Part shown: positions 12,846-26,061 of the stretch, one piece after another | Numbering within the stretch: the stretch's first letter is position 1 | Layout: the number at the start of each line of letters is the position of its first letter | DNA from: Macrostomum lignano | Taxonomy: Eukaryota | Assembly: GCA_002269645.1 (NCBI GenBank) | Contig: NIVC01000785.1 | Coordinates: 186,001 to 250,000 of the forward strand | DNA: 64,000 nt | Direction of reading: 5' to 3' | The notes under the pieces: model-generated | Told to the model about the DNA's origin: nothing | Databases searched by the model: none | The model's input: only the letters and a program-made list of their open reading frames with translations | Translations under genes and position numbers: made by a program

Positions 12846-13432
12846 CAAAGTCCCTCCTTGCCTCTTCTCTCATCTCCAAAATACTAGCTTACCTTTAGTA
12901 GTATGGGCATATGGGGCTACACTGTTATAATGAATTTTATACGGCAGTAAGATCTCAAATTCACCTGCACTCAAACGCAACATCTAAGAGTAAATTATTC
13001 CTATGTCCTGCACTGGGGGGCCTTAGATACAGGTTCAGACCAGTAGGGTTCTTAGAGTCTAAATAGGAGCTGCACTACCTGCAGCGATGATGGCTCTGAC
13101 TGCTGCTGCACGGGACAGAGGTACTGAGCATGAGCACGGGATCGCTAAGTGGTGCATCAGGAATTATAGTGGGAAAGAGAGGCAAGAGTTGCAGCGGAGG
13201 CCCAGCAGTGCCTACCAGCAGGTGCAGTCATTAAGAGAGAATTCTAACTCAATACCAAGGTGGAAGGGTCGTGCGTGTGTAATGAGATGCCTTTTTCAAC
13301 TGTTCTGTTGCAGTATACGAGTGTAGATGCCCTTGCAGCTAGGTGGCTGGCGCGGCCGAGCTAAGCGTGAGGTGAGGCAATGAATGCAGGATAAAATTTA
13401 CCGAGAAGGGCATAAAACAGGCAAAATGACAG

Positions 13433-14470
<1,038 letters not shown>

Positions 14471-14684
14471 GCAGACCCGTACTCTCGCAGGGCGAATCAG
14501 CCAGCGGAGACTGGAGGATGGCCGCAGGAGACAGTCCAGCGGTCAGCCAGCCAATGGCGGAGCGACATCGCCAACGATCGAATCGCCCAGCTGCTCACCT
14601 GATTTACGGCCAGAGGCAGGCAGGGCTGGCCAAAACTCAGTTGCGAGCGGCATTCAGCAGTTCCGCCAGCCAGCCAAGCCAGCC

Positions 14685-15332
14685 ATGCCCAGCGGCTGGG
14701 ACATCTTCCTCGGCGACTCCATCGTCATCCTGGTGGTGTCCGTTGCGGCTCTGATCCTCGTCGCCTACTGCCTGTTCCGCTGCTGCTCCAGCAGTCCCAG
14801 TTCGGACGCTCAGAAACTCGTCGAAGACCAAGACGATAACGATGATTATGACGATTTCGACGAGAATGACGACGAAATGGACGGGGACGAATTCGAGGTC
14901 AACGACGGCTTCAACGACCTCCAGGAGGACGGGGACGGCGACGAACTTTGGCGTCGAAGATTTGTGTCGGCAACGGCGGCAGGTCGACGAGACGAATTCG
15001 ACTGCGACACCTTCGTGTTCGACGACGAGATGGCCGCGGCCTCGGACGATGAGCACGATGATGTACATGTAGGTGCAGCTGAGCACCTTGGCGGAGCTCC
15101 ACGGGCTGCGGCTGCTGCTGCCGAGGTCGACAGCAACGAGGAAGAAAGGGTCGGCCTGTTGGCCTCGCAGATTGCTGAAACCAACGTCGACGCCGCGATG
15201 TCACGACGGACACCAGCGGCTCGCAGCCGTGGTCGCAAGTTAAGCCGGGTCAAAGCGCCTGCAGCCACCATCGTGCGGCTCAGTGAGCCCTGCGGGGACG
15301 CCGCAGATCCGTCAAAGGCCGAATTTCTCTGA
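14685..15332 (+). CDS. Orphan single-pass membrane protein with acidic cytoplasmic domain (215 aa)
   Basis: Intact ORF, GCC-ATG context, GC3-rich codons like the mei-P26 exons; N-terminal hydrophobic helix SIVILVVSVAALILVAYCLF followed by RCC; D/E-rich tract; ERVGLL acidic dileucine motif. Confidence 0.7.
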   Translation: MPSGWDIFLGDSIVILVVSVAALILVAYCLFRCCSSSPSSDAQKLVEDQDDNDDYDDFDENDDEMDGDEFEVNDGFNDLQEDGDGDELWRRRFVSATAAGRRDEFDCDTFVFDDEMAAASDDEHDDVHVGAAEHLGGAPRAAAAAAEVDSNEEERVGLLASQIAETNVDAAMSRRTPAARSRGRKLSRVKAPAATIVRLSEPCGDAADPSKAEFL

Positions 15333-15340
15333 TTTATCTG

Positions 15341-15683
15341 CCCACCTGGCTGACCCACCTGGCTGACCCACCTGGCTGACCCACCTGGCTGACCCACCTG
15401 GCTGACCCACCTGGCTGACCCACCTGGCTGACTCACCTGGCTGACCCACCTGGCTGACCCACCTGGCTGACCCACCTGGCTGACCCACCTGGCTGACCCA
15501 CCTGGCTGACCCACCTGGCTGACCCACCTGGCTGACCCACCTGGCTGACCCACCTGGCTGACCCACCTGGCTGACCCACTTGGCTGACCCACCTGGCAGA
15601 CTCACCTGGCTGACCCACCTGGCTGACGCATCTGGCTGACCCACCTGGCTGACCCACATGGCTGACCCACCCAGCTGACCCAC
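15341..15683. repeat. 13-bp minisatellite (CCCACCTGGCTGA)n
   Basis: About 26 copies, starting 9 bp after the orphan stop codon. Confidence 0.98.
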
Positions 15684-15711
15684 TAACTCACCTGATTCAC
15701 TTTATCAATAA

Positions 15712-18462
15712 TCCGAATCTGATCTCCCGAATATCCCAATCTGATCTCCCCAATATCCCAATCTGATCTCCCCAATATCCCAATCTGATCTCCCCAATAT
15801 CCCAATCTGATCTACTACCCAATGTCCCAATCTGATCTATTCAATATCCCAAACCTTTTTCCCAATATTCCAATCTGATCCCCCAATATCCCAATCTGAC
15901 CTCCCCAATATCCCAATCTGACCTCCCCATGCCATATCCCAATCTGATCTCCCCAATATCCCAATCTGATCTCCCCAATATCCCAATCTGATCTCCCCAA
16001 TATCCCAATCTGATCTCCCCAATATCCCAATCTGATCTCCCCATGCCATATCCCAATCTGATCTCCCCAATATCCCAATCTGATCTCCCCAATATCCCAA
16101 TCTGATCTCCCCAATATCCCAATCTGATCTACTACCCAATATCCCAATCTGATCTATTCAATATCCCAAACCTTTTTCCCAATATTCCAATCTGATCCCC
16201 CAATATCCCAATCTGACCTCCCCAATATCCCAATCTGACCTCCCCATGCCATATCCCAATCTGATCTCCCCAATATCCCAATCTGATCTCCCCAATATCC
16301 CAATCTGATCTCCCCAATATCCCAATCTGATCTCCCCAATATCCCAATCTGATCCCCCAATATCCCAATCTGACCTCCCCAATATCCCAATCTGACCTCC
16401 CCATGCCATATCCCAATCTGATCTCCCGAATATCCCAATCTGATCTCCCCAATATCCCAATCTGATCTCCAGAATATCCCAATCTGATCTCCAGAATATC
16501 CCAATCTGATCTACCCAATATCTCAATCTGATCTCCCCAATATCCCAATCTGATCTCCCTAATATTCCAATCTGATCTCCCCAATATCCCAATCTGATTT
16601 CCCCAATATCCCAAACTTATCTATCCAATATGTCAATCTTATCTCCCCATGCAATATCCCAATTTGATCTCTCCAATATCCCAATCTAATCTATCCAATA
16701 TCCCAATCTGATCCCCCAATATCCCGATCTGATCTCCCCAATATCCCAATCTGATCTCCCCAATATCCCAATCTGATCCCCCAATATCCCAATCTGATCT
16801 CCCCAATATCCCAATCTGATCTCCCCAATTTCCCAATCTGATCTCTCCAATATCCCAAACTTATTTCCCAATATCCCAAACTGATCCCCCAATATACCAA
16901 TCTGATCTCCCCAATATCCCAATCTGATCTCCCCAATATCCCAATCTGATCTCCCCAATATCCCAATCTGATCTCCCCAATATCCCAATCTGATCTCCCC
17001 AATATCCCAATCTGATCTCCCCAATATCCCAATCTGATCTACTACCCAATATCCCAATCTGATCTATTCAATATCCCAAACCTTTTTCCCAATATTCCAA
17101 TCTGATCCCCCAATATCCCAATCTGACCTCCCCAATATCCCAATCTGACCTCCCCATGCCATATCCCAATCTGATCTCCCCAATATCCCAATCTGATCTC
17201 CCCAATATCCCAATCTGATCTCCCCATGCCATATCCCAATCTGATCTCCCCAATATCCCAATCTGATCTCCCCAATATCCCAATCTGATCTCCCCAATAT
17301 CCCAATCTGATCTACTACCCAATATCCCAATCTGATCTATTCAATATCCCAAACTTATTTCCCAATATCCCAATCTGATCCCCCAATATCCCAATCTGAC
17401 CTCCCCATGCCATATCCCAATCTGATCTCCCCAATATTCCAATCTGATCTCCCGAATATCCCAATCTGACCTCCCCATGCCATATCCCAATCTGATCTCC
17501 AGAATATCCCAATCTAATCTCCAGAATATCCCAATCTGATCTATCCAATATCTCAATCTGATCTCCCCAATATCCCAATCTGATCTCCCCAATATTCCAA
17601 TCTGATCTCTCCAATATCCCAATCTGATCTCCCGAATATCCCAATCCGATCTCCCCAATATCCCAATCTGATCTCCAGAATATCCCAATCTGATCTCCAG
17701 AATATCCCAATCTGATCTACCCAATATCTCAATCTGATCTCCCCAATATTCCAATCTGATCTCCCCAATATTCCAATCTGATCTCCCCAATATCCCAATC
17801 TGATCTCCCGAATATCCCAATCTGATCTACCCAATATCCTAATCCGATCTCCCCAATATCCCAATCTGATCTCCCCAATATCCCAATCTGATCTCCCGAA
17901 TATCCCAATCTGATCTACCCAATATCCTAATCCGATCTCCCCAATATCCCAATCTGATCTCCAGAATATCCCAATCTGATCTCCAGAATATCCCAATCTG
18001 ATCTACCCAATATCTCAATCTGATCTCCCCAATATCCCAATCTGATCTCCCCAATATTCCAATCTGATCTCCCCAATATTCCAATCTGATCTCCCCAATA
18101 TTCCAATCTGATCTCCCCAATATCCCAATCTGATCTCCCGAATATCCCAATCTGATCTACCCAATATCCTAATCCGATCTCCCCAATATCCCAATCTGAT
18201 CTCCCCAATATCCCAATATTATCCCCAATATCCCAAACTGATCTACCCAATATCTCAAACTGATCTCCCCAATATCCCAATCTGATTTATCCAATATCCC
18301 AATCTGATCTCCCCAATATCCCAAACTTATCTATCCAATATGTCAATCTTATCTCCCCATGGAATATCCCAATTTGATCTCTCCAATATCCCAATCTTAT
18401 CTATCCAATATCCCAATCTTATCTACCCAATTTCCCAATCTGATCCCCCTAATATCCACAAA
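15712..18462. repeat. 22-bp satellite (CCCCAATATCCCAATCTGATCT)n
   Basis: About 125 units with recurring variant blocks (higher-order structure). Confidence 0.98.
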
Positions 18463-18691
18463 TCCACATATATATTATACAATATCTACATGTAGGTGGC
18501 TGTCAAGACACTCAGCCTGCTCATGCGCGGTGTAAATATATTTGAGACAATGTTTAAACGAAATATTAATGATCGTGCTGAATGTAGTTGAGAGTTGAAA
18601 TTTTTTGCAATTTTACGGCTAGAAACTGGATTATAAAGGATTGAAACTGATCAGTTAAAAGTTTAGGTTGAAACTGTGCTCAATAATTGGA

Positions 18692-20822
18692 GAGTCAGGT
18701 GAGTGAGTAGGGAGTCACGTGAGTGAGTAGGGAGTCACGTGAGTGAGAGAGTAGGGAGTCAGATGAGTGAGTGGGGAGTCAGGTGAGTGAGTAGGGAGTC
18801 AGGTGAGTGAGTAGGGAGTCAGGTGAGTGAGAGAGTAGGGAGTCAAGTGAGTGAGTAGGGAGTCGGGTGAGGGAATAGGGAGTCAGGTGAGTGAGTAGGG
18901 AGTCAGGTGAGTGAGTAGGGAGTCAGGTGAATGAGTAGGGAGTCAGGTGAATGAGTAGGGAGTCAGGTGAATGAGTAGGGAGTCATGTGAATGAGTAGGG
19001 AGTCAGGTGAGTGAGTAGGGAGTCAGGTGAGTGAGTAGGGAGTCAGAGGAGTGATTGGGGAGTCAGGTGAGTGAGTAGGGAGTCAGGTGAGTGAGTAGGG
19101 AGTCAGGTGAGTGAGAGAGTAGGGAGTCAGGTGAATGAGTAGGGAGTCAGGTGAATGAGTAGGGAGTCAGGTGAGGGAATAGGGAGTCAGGTGAGTGAGT
19201 AGGGAGTCAGATGAGTGAGTGGGGAGTCAGGTGAGTGAGTAGGGAGTCAAGTGAGTGAGTAGGGAGTCAGGTGAGTGAGAGAGTAGGGAGTCAGGTGAGA
19301 GAGTAGGGAGTCAGGTGAGTGAGTAGGGAGTCAGGTGAGTGAGTGGGGAGTCAGGTGAGTGAGTGGGGAGTCAGGTGAGGGAATAGAGAGTCAGGTGAGT
19401 GAGTAGGGAGTCAGGTGAGGGAATAGAGAGTCAGGTGAGTGAGTAGGGAGTCAGGTGAATGAGTAGGGAGTCAGGTGAGTGAGTAGGGAGTCAGGTGAGT
19501 GAGAGAGTAGGGAGTCAGGTGAGTGAGTAGGGAGTCAGGTGAGTGAGTAGGAAGTCAGGTGAGTGAGTGGGGAGTCAGGTGAGTGAGAGAGTAGGGAGTC
19601 AGGTGAGTGAGTAGGGAGTCAGGTGAGTGAGAGAGTAGGGAGTCAGGTGAGGGAGTAGGGAGTCAGGTGATTGAGAGAGTAGGGAGTCAGGTGAGTGAGT
19701 AGGGAGTCAGGTGAGTGAGTGGGGAGTCAGGTGAGTGAGTAGGGAGTCAGGTGAGTGAGAGAGTAGGGAGTCAGGTGAGTGAGTAGGGAGTCAGGTGAGT
19801 GAGTAGGGAGTCACGTGAGGGAATAGGGAGTCAGGTGAGTGAGTAGGGAGTCAGGTGAGTGAGTAGGGAGTCGGGTGAGTGAGTAGGGAGTCGGGTGAGT
19901 GAGAGAGTAGGGAGTCAGGTGAGTGAGTAGGGAGTCAGGTGAGTGAGTAGGGAGTCACGTGAGTGAGAGAGTAGGGAGTCAGGTGAGTGAGTAGGGAGTC
20001 AGGTGAGGGAATAGGGAGTCAGGTGAATGAGTAGGGAGTCAGGTGAGTGAGTAGGGAGTCAGGTGAGGGAGTAGGGAGTCAGGTGAGTGAGTAGGGAGTC
20101 AGATGAGTGAGTGGGGAGTCAGGTGAGTGAGTAGGGAGTCGGGTGAGTGAGAGAGTAGGGAGTCAGGTGAGTGAGTAGGGAGTCGGGTGAGTGAGAGAGT
20201 AGGGAGTCAGGTGAATGAGTAGGGAGTCGGGTGAGGGAATAGGGAGTCAGGTGAGTGAGTAGGGAGTCAGGTGAATGAGTAGGGAGTCAGGTGAATGAGT
20301 AGGGAGTCGGGTGAGGGAATAGGGAGTCAGGTGAGTGAGTAGGGAGTCAGGTAAGTGAGTAGGGAGTCAGGTGAGAGAGTAGGGAGTCAGGTGAATGAGT
20401 AGGGAGTCGGGTGAGTGAGAAAGTAGGGAGTCAGGTGAGGGAGTAGGGAGTCAGGTGAGTGAGTAGGGAGTCAGATGAGTGAGTGGGGAGTCAGGTGAGT
20501 GAGTAGGGAGTCGGGTGAGTGAGAGAGTAGGGAGTCAGGTGAATGAGTAGGGAGTCGGGTGAGGGAATAGGGAGTCAGGTGAGTGAGTAGGGAGTCAGGT
20601 GAATGAGTAGGGAGTCAGGTGAATGAGTAGGGAGTCGGGTGAGGGAATAGGGAGTCAGGTGAGTGAGTAGGGAGTCAGGTAAGTGAGTAGGGAGTCAGGT
20701 GAGAGAGTAGGGAGTTAGGTGAATGAGTAGGGAGTCGGGTGAGTGAGAAAGTAGGGAGTCAGGTGAGGGAATAGGGAGTCAGGTGAGTGAGTAGTGAGTC
20801 AGGTGAGTGAGTAGGGAGTCAG
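18692..20822. repeat. 20-bp satellite (GAGTCAGGTGAGTGAGTAGG)n
   Basis: About 100 units with 18-24 bp variants. Confidence 0.98.
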
Positions 20823-21262
20823 TTTAGTAGGGATTTAAGTGAGCTTTGAAATGTTCGTGAAGGCAGCTACAACAGCAATATAATACAATATTTATATTAA
20901 ATATATAAGTAAGCAAGTGCGACACCCAAGCCGAACCCCTTAAATCCTTGGCAGCTGATATTTGCCTATCAGCTCTCGCTCCCATTCCCATGCTCAAGCT
21001 CCCAGAGCACGCACTTGGTGTCGACTCAAATTTTTATTAAGGAACGAGAAACGGGGAAAGAAGAATCGGGGGCTGGGGGCTGGGTGGAAGGGAAGAGCGA
21101 GGGAGAAAATCCCAAAGAGATGAAGGACTGCATGGGAAAGGAGTTCTAGACACAACATCTGGAGGGAAATGACTGACTGAATTCCTTATTTAAAATCACA
21201 ACTGTCTAAAACAGTCATAACCCATTCTGCTGACTCCTGCGCACATACAAACGCTTGGATAC

Positions 21263-21690
21263 TGTACATAGACTTGTACATAGACTTGTACATAGACTTG
21301 TACATAGACTTGTACATAGACTTGTACATAGACTTGTACATAGACTTGTACATAGACTTGTACATAGACTTGTACATAGACTTGTACATAGACTTGTACA
21401 TAGACTTGTACATAGACTTGTACATAGACTTGTACATAGACTTGTACATAGACTTGTACATAGACTTGTACATAGACTTGTACATAGACTTGTACATAGA
21501 CTTGTACATAGACTTGTACATAGACTTGTACAGTAGACTTGTACATAGACTTGTACATAGACTTGTACATAGACTTGTACATAGACTTGTACATAGACTT
21601 GTACATAGACTTGTACCGTAGACTTGTACATAGACTTGTACAGTAGACTTGTACATAGACTTGTACACAGACTTGTACAGTAGACTTACT
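21263..21690. repeat. 12-bp minisatellite (TGTACATAGACT)n
   Basis: 22 perfect units, then units mixed with 13-bp variants. Confidence 0.98.
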
Positions 21691-22087
21691 TGTATAGACC
21701 CTCACGGAATCGGGCCTGCGTACCATTCCAGTTCTTCCATACTTAGAAGTCCATGTTCATCGCATGGAATACCGAGGAGGAACCCTTGGAGGCAGGAGGC
21801 TCGGTTCAGTGACTCTGGGCGGGATCGAGGGAGATTGAGGCTGCAGAGTCAATCAAGAATCGCCGCTGCTGTTGTTGCTGTTGAAGGAAAAATTGGGATT
21901 ACAAAAAGTAAATCAAGTTGGATGAAACGTCCCAGCTAATTATGCTAATGAGCTTCTATATTGTGCCGACTGTTCAGATTTACGGGAATTGCAGCGTTGA
22001 TAAACCGCTGTTGCGATCTGATATCCTCCGCAGTGATTCTGGGCTTGTGGTTAGGGTCCTTCAACATAGCAAAATGTACGATTATTG

Positions 22088-23095
22088 TGGCCATCTCCTG
22101 ACACTTACTCTGATGACCTCCTGACGCTTTTTCTGGTCACCTCCTGACACTTATTTTGGCCATCTCCTGACACTTATTTTGGCCATCTCCTGACACTTTT
22201 ATGGCCAACTCCTGACACTTTTATGGCCAACTCCTGACATTTATTCTGGCCATCTCCTGACATTTATTCTGGCCACCTCCTGACATTTATTCTGGCCATC
22301 TCATGACACTTATTCTGACAACTTTCTGACACTTATTCTGACAACTTTCTGACACTTATTCTGGCCACCTCCTGACACTTATTCTGGCCACCTCCTGACA
22401 CTTATTCTGGCCACCTCCTGACACTTATTCTGGCCACCTCCTGACACTTATTCTGGCCACCTCCTGACACTTATTCTGGCCACCTCCTGACACTTATTCT
22501 GGCCACCTCCTGACACTTATTCTGGCCATCTCCTGACACTTATTCTGACCACCTCCTGACAGATATTCTGGCCACCTCCTGACAGATATTCTGGCCACCT
22601 TCTGACATTTATTCTGGCCACCTCCTGACACTTATTCTGGCCACCTCCTGACACTTTTATGGCCAACTCCTGACATTTATTCTGGTCACCTCATGACACT
22701 TATTCTGACAACTTTCTGACACTTATTCTGGCCACATCTGACACTTATTCTGGCCACCTAATGACAGTTATTCTGGCCATCTCATGACACTTATTCTGAC
22801 AACTTTCTGACACTTATTCTGGCCACCTCCTGACACATATTCTGGCCACCTAATGACAGTTATTCCGGCCATCTCATGACACTTATTCTGACAACTTTCT
22901 GACACTTATTCTGGCCACCTAATGACAGTTATTCCGGCCATCTCATGACACTTATTCTGACAACTTTCTGACACTTATTCTGGCCACCTCCTGACACTTA
23001 TTCTGGCCACCTCCTGACACATTCTGGCCACCTCCTGACACTTATTCTGGCCACCTCCTGACACTTATTCTGATCGCCTGTGACACTCATTCTGG
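22088..23095. repeat. 23-bp minisatellite (CTCCTGACACTTATTCTGGCCAC)n
   Basis: About 44 units with several variant types. Confidence 0.97.
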
Positions 23096-24051
23096 CTTAC
23101 CTTACAATAGAAAACTCATTTAGCTTGTATCAGGATGAGTTTTAGAGTCAGCAGTCATACGTAATTTAGTTATCCATCAGGCTATCAAACACCGATTTGA
23201 CAAAACACTTCAATACCAGTATAAAAGTACTTATAATCTTTGCGTCCAAACGCAAATTATTATAGAGAGAGAGACAGACACACACACGCTAATCCTGTCT
23301 AGACCGAACTGTCAGTCAGGCCTGATCCCTTGACCTCTGTTATAGCGATCCCTAGTCAATGCGAAAGTCAATTTAATGAGAAAGTTTCAACAGAGAGAAT
23401 TCAGGCCGGAATGGTAAGGCAGGAATGAAATTAATTGAATTCTGCAGGACTGCCCCGGCCGGTTGTGACCCTGCAGCAGAAATTTGCGTGTCAAGGGTCA
23501 GCAGCCGCTGCAGATGCAGCCAGGAGAATGTCGCCCTCAGCTAGAAAATCGTGGGGATTTCCTGACAAGCGGGGATGGGAGTCTGGCCTTATACCTATAT
23601 AGAGTTTGGGGGATTAAAATGGAACTACAATGTCACGCCTAGATGAAGGGTGGGGTTTAAGGGGCTCAAAGGTATGTCGCATATCTGCTGTTTATGCCTG
23701 CTGCAAGTTGCTTTAATCCCAAGCTTTGTGTGGGGATTGTGAGATCAGCTGCTGTACAAATGCTCGGATTTATGAATCTAAGAGTAGTAATGGTGGACTT
23801 GTCACTCAGTTATTTCAGCTTACAAACTGAAACTCAGCTTCTAATCATCAGGCGTGCACACTCAACAAAATGTGCACTTTTAGGGCTCGGCCCTTGGTGA
23901 GTGCGAATTCTAAATTGAACTGGAAACTCCAGGTGTCTGTCTAAAGGCTGATCCACTGAAGACCTCGAGGCCAGATGAACCGTCGGGGGTCATCGTGTGC
24001 TCTTTGACGAGGAGGCACCAGCCGAGGATCCAGCTGGCACAACCACAATTT

Positions 24052-24420
24052 ACTTTTTAATTTTATTAGACGCAGGGGGGTTGGGTGCACCCTGGCGCAC
24101 TTTAAGCGACATTGTCACACAACCGGCGAGAGGCATTGCTGCCCATTCCGCCGACTACACTGAGCAGGCACACAAGCGCGCGGATACGTACGCAGGCACA
24201 CACTCACACAGTAGTGTACAGCGGCCCTAACTTTATATATCGTTAGGCATGTACACTTCACTGTGCCCTGGGGGTTAGTTGGCCATCAAGGGCGTTAACT
24301 GCACGAGCAGAGCCAAGCCGAGATTCCTATTTAGCCCCGAATTAATGGCTGCACACTTGGAATCGAGCCTGGGCCGCTGGCACACCAGAGCGCCGCACTG
24401 GACCACTCATGGGCTACGGC
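24052..24420 (-). mobile_element. tRNA-derived SINE (family A), copy 1
   Basis: Head GCCGTAGCCCATGAGTGG ... GGCTCGATTCC (A/B boxes); A-rich tail; colinear over its whole length with 39937-40303. Confidence 0.85.
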
Positions 24421-24823
24421 CCCTGACATATCGAACTTCCTTGAGATATCCTCATGGAGTTGCTCCAGAGAGATACGCTGGCGTCGCTTCTGTCTGTTCT
24501 GCTGCTTGACATGGGTGCTACGGATAATTGCTCTTCCTACCAACAATGACGGACGTCAACCGGAGAGGCGGTTCAACGTGATCGGCTATCGGCTATCATC
24601 TCGCCCTGCTGTCATCAACTGTCGCGAGCTCTCAACTGTCAACGGACCCAGTTTTCCTGCTTCTTCGAACCAGGGTTCATCATGGCGTGAGTTTCACCGT
24701 TGGGCTGCTCCCTGCCTGCATGCCTAATAAACGAGGCTTCCTTAAGAGAAAATTTCATCCAATAGGAAACTCGCGGCTGGTAACGGTCGAATTTCACAAA
24801 AAATCTCATAATTTCCGACACAC

Positions 24824-25346
24824 TTAGCTCTGCAGGTGAGGCCTTAGTGTCAGTTTAGCTGTGCAGGTAAAATTTTAGTGTCAGTTTAGCTGTGCAGGTG
24901 AGGTTTTAGTGTCAGTTTAGCTGTGCAGGTGAAATTTTAGTGTCAGTTTAGCTGCGCAGGTGAAATTTTAGTGTCAGTTTAGCTGTGCAGGTGAAATTTT
25001 AGTGTCAGTTTAGCTGTGCAGGTGAAATTTTAGTGTCAGTTTAGCTGTGCAGGTGAAATTTTAGTGTCAGTTTAGCTCTGCAGGTGAGGCCATAGTGCCA
25101 GTTTAGCTGTGCCGGTGAAATTTTAGTGCCAGTTTAGCTCTGCAGTTGAAATTTTAGTGCCAGTTTAGCTCTGCAGGTGGGATTTTAGTGTCAGTTTTGC
25201 TGTGCAGGTGAAATTTTAGTGTCAGTTTAGCTGCGCAGGTGAGGTTTTAGTGTCAGTTTAGCTGCGCAGGTGAGGTTTTAGTGTCAGTTTAGCTCTGCAG
25301 GTGAAATTTTAGTGTCAGTTAATTAGCTCTGCAGTTTAGGTTTTAG
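24824..25346. repeat. 31-bp satellite, block 1 (GTGCAGGTGAAATTTTAGTGTCAGTTTAGCT)
   Basis: About 16 units. Confidence 0.95.
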
Positions 25347-26061
25347 CTTTCTAAAATCATTTAGAATGTTTTGTTGACAAATAATATAGACTACATATAA
25401 TTAATTTGAAGAGTCAAATTCGTTCGGCCATTTTGGTCTAAACAGATTTTCGCATCGAATCATATTGGAAAGTATACGTCCAAAAGACGACAATTTATTA
25501 ATTTGGTGCGTTTCTGTGCAGTTTTTGCGCCACTTCAAACCGACAGAAGCAATGCATAGATTATTATTGAATCATAATTCTAACCATTGAGACTTATGAT
25601 ATGTTTATGGACACCGCGAGCTCTGAATGGGAGCTGGACATGTTGGGTCGCATTTCCATTAGATGCATTTTCACTGGGATATAATTCCCTCTATATGCAG
25701 AGTTTATTGCACCGGGGGTATTTATGATGATGTCTGTGGTTGGGGCTGGGGTTTTAGCCAAGTAAAGCCAAGCTCTAATTAATGCCTCCCAGGAGACTTT
25801 GCCCTGCACTGCACGCGACTGGGATAGCTAGCATAGATGCAGACGCATTCGAAAGCACAGATACGCCTGACCCCGGCATTCATAGCTATTTCATTTGGTC
25901 CCCAGTTTGTTTAATTGCACTTAATTCGTTGGAATTGAATGCATCATTATCAGCATTTGTTCAAGTCAGCCTATAAAGGTCCATCGGAAAGAGGTTTAAA
26001 CTCCCAGCAACAGGACAATTGTTGCATATGTGTCCTTAGTGGCGTAGCCTTCCCATGGACA

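Noticed and set aside
15312-18280. Many overlapping minus-strand ORFs (SARWVSQVGQPGG, GYWGDQIGILGRSDW)
   Set aside because: Frame-cycling translations of 13- and 22-bp satellites.
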